Source: Carcharhinus longimanus
Lineage: Eukaryota
DNA length: 64,000 nt
Reading direction: 5' to 3'
NCBI GenBank assembly: GCA_030264375.1
Contig: JASCQW010000109.1
Coordinates: forward strand, 18,043,657-18,107,656
In this document: in pieces, positions 62,187-64,000 of the stretch
How the letters are laid out: every line of letters starts with the position of its first letter
Position numbering within the stretch: position 1 is the first letter of the stretch
The notes under the pieces: generated by a model
The model's database searches: none
What the model saw: the letters and a program-made list of their open reading frames with translations, nothing else
Told to the model about the DNA's origin: nothing
Translations under genes and position numbers: made by a program

Positions 62187-64000
62187 AAGAACCATCTCAC
62201 ATAGGTCTCAAAGAACAAGCCTTGAATGTGAATGAGGCAGCATGGGCGTTGTTCTTGGCACTGAGACCAGTTTATCGAATGGGTTTTCTAAAGGCTGCCC
62301 TGGAGACGAGCAGCACAAAACCTGCAAAATGCCACAAATGGGTTCCATTATTCTGGTTTTGGATTGGCTGAATCCAAACCTTCCAGCAAATTTAGAAACC
62401 CAAACTCCTCTGTCCACACACCATTCCACCCCACCAATGATCGTGAAGATCTGTAGACAAAAGAAAACGTGAATTGCAAATGCAAAGTTTTAGTAAAAGT
62501 CCCCGCACAATGTTACAACACATTCCTATCAGTGTAAATGGGATGACTTCAGAATACAATAGGTCTTTCAATAGGCACAACTGCTTCCAGTCAAAGTGGT
62601 TTCATAAGACAAATTTCCCCCAAGTTAACCTTCATGAGAGTGCCTTCCATGTGCACACACACACGTATATTTCCCTGTTGCACAAATGACCGACTTACAG
62701 CCAAAAATAGGGAGGATCTCACCATTCTAGCTGAATTCTAACCCAAGTCACAGCTTAATGCACCATTATGTTCCCAAAGCCACTCACTGGAGAAGCGAAC
62801 ATGCAAACAAATAATAGTAATAAACAGGCGAGTGTAAACAGATATAGATATTCTTTTTGCACAAGCAATAAAGGTGCACTGACAATCAGCTACAGTGAAA
62901 GTTCAAAAGTGCACAACTTGCTTCTAATGTAGCCCTTTGGCCATTGAGAGGTTCCCTATTTTTCCCATCAAAAACCAGAAAAGGCAGGCAGACAAAAGCA
63001 GCCAGAAAATGTTACAGTCTGCAATCTAAAGCGAGACTATTACCTGGCTAACAGCAAGTCAGTCAGGTCATGTAACTGCAAGGCATCACCTGAACATGCC
63101 AGACCTGATCAACAGAACCCTTCAACACCCACAAAGCAGTTTGAAAGCCAATTCAGCTTGCTTCAGAAGGCCACAAAGGTAAGAAACATGTTGCTTCCTG
63201 AATCAAAGCATACGTTGCTGAATGCATACATCTAACCTCCTCCTCCCTCAGTACTTGTCAGTTTGTGCTGAGGGTGGTGGGGGGGGGGGAAATATAGAAA
63301 GGGGCTGAGGAGGAGGGAAATTGAGTAAAAAACAAACAGCCAAATTGGACTGGGTATTTACCAGTTTAAGACATTACAAAGCATAACATTTTAACGCTTG
63401 TCCCAAAGAACAGTTACAAATACACTAAATGGTACTATATAAGGGTTAAGTTTAACCTAAATTGGACAGAATGTTTATTTTGGAGATGGAATTAAGAAAA
63501 ACCTTGTATACTTGCCTACTTTTGTCACAATAAACTGTTTTTAATATTAAAAAGAGGGCTGTAGCCAGAATTAGATAGTTTATCTTTTAACCCCATTGAT
63601 TGCTGTATGCACTTTAGACCACGATTCCAAGTACAGTATAAAGAGTGCCATAAAACAGGCAATCTGAAAAAACAATCCATCAACAATCTCCAACATGCAC
63701 AGCCCTGCTAAGAACAAGGCAGGGTCCAACAGCAAATAGTATGACAGTAATTACTGCTAATCTACTAATCTGGCAGATTGGAAAATGTCTGTGTACACAT
63801 ATCTTTCCTGCACTCTAGTCCAAGCTTTCTGCTGCAGTCACCAAGATTGATTGTCAGAGAGCAAAGGCTGTGTGAACAAGATCGAACGCTCAATTTGTGC
63901 ACTCACAGGCCACTCCTGCACAGAGTCATTGGCACAGTGCTGGAGCAATGAGGAAGATAAATACAGTTCCCAGGAAAATCAGTCTCATTTACAGTTGAAG

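Noticed and set aside
1-64000. CRISPR arrays, operons or prokaryotic defence systems
   Set aside because: This is vertebrate intronic DNA with no regularly spaced repeat-spacer structure or gene-dense region.

Overview
Eukaryotic, CpG-depleted, repeat-rich DNA. The repeat families (HE1/V-SINE, Deu-domain SINE, CR1, L2, Rex1, RTE) point to a cartilaginous fish, probably a shark, and the draft assembly has seven N-gaps. The window appears to lie inside one minus-strand gene of the FAM53 family, best matching FAM53C. Three coding exons splice in frame with canonical GT-AG sites: 41630-41553 (78 nt), 31463-31406 (58 nt) and 5293-4473 (821 nt). I did not find the last coding exon or the promoter/first exon, so they probably lie outside the window. 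The introns contain a decayed full-length Ty3/Gypsy element with both LTRs, PBS and PPT, plus many LINE and SINE fragments and a hAT MITE. The most notable signals are: (1) small hairpin elements with 14-bp target-site duplications carrying back-to-back decayed hammerhead-ribozyme cores; (2) a perfect RFX X-box palindrome centred on the FAM53C start codon; (3) four upstream ATGs in the putative 5' UTR, one ORF overlapping the main start. I found no convincing new protein-coding system. Repeat family names come from recalled consensus similarity, and repeat boundaries are approximate.
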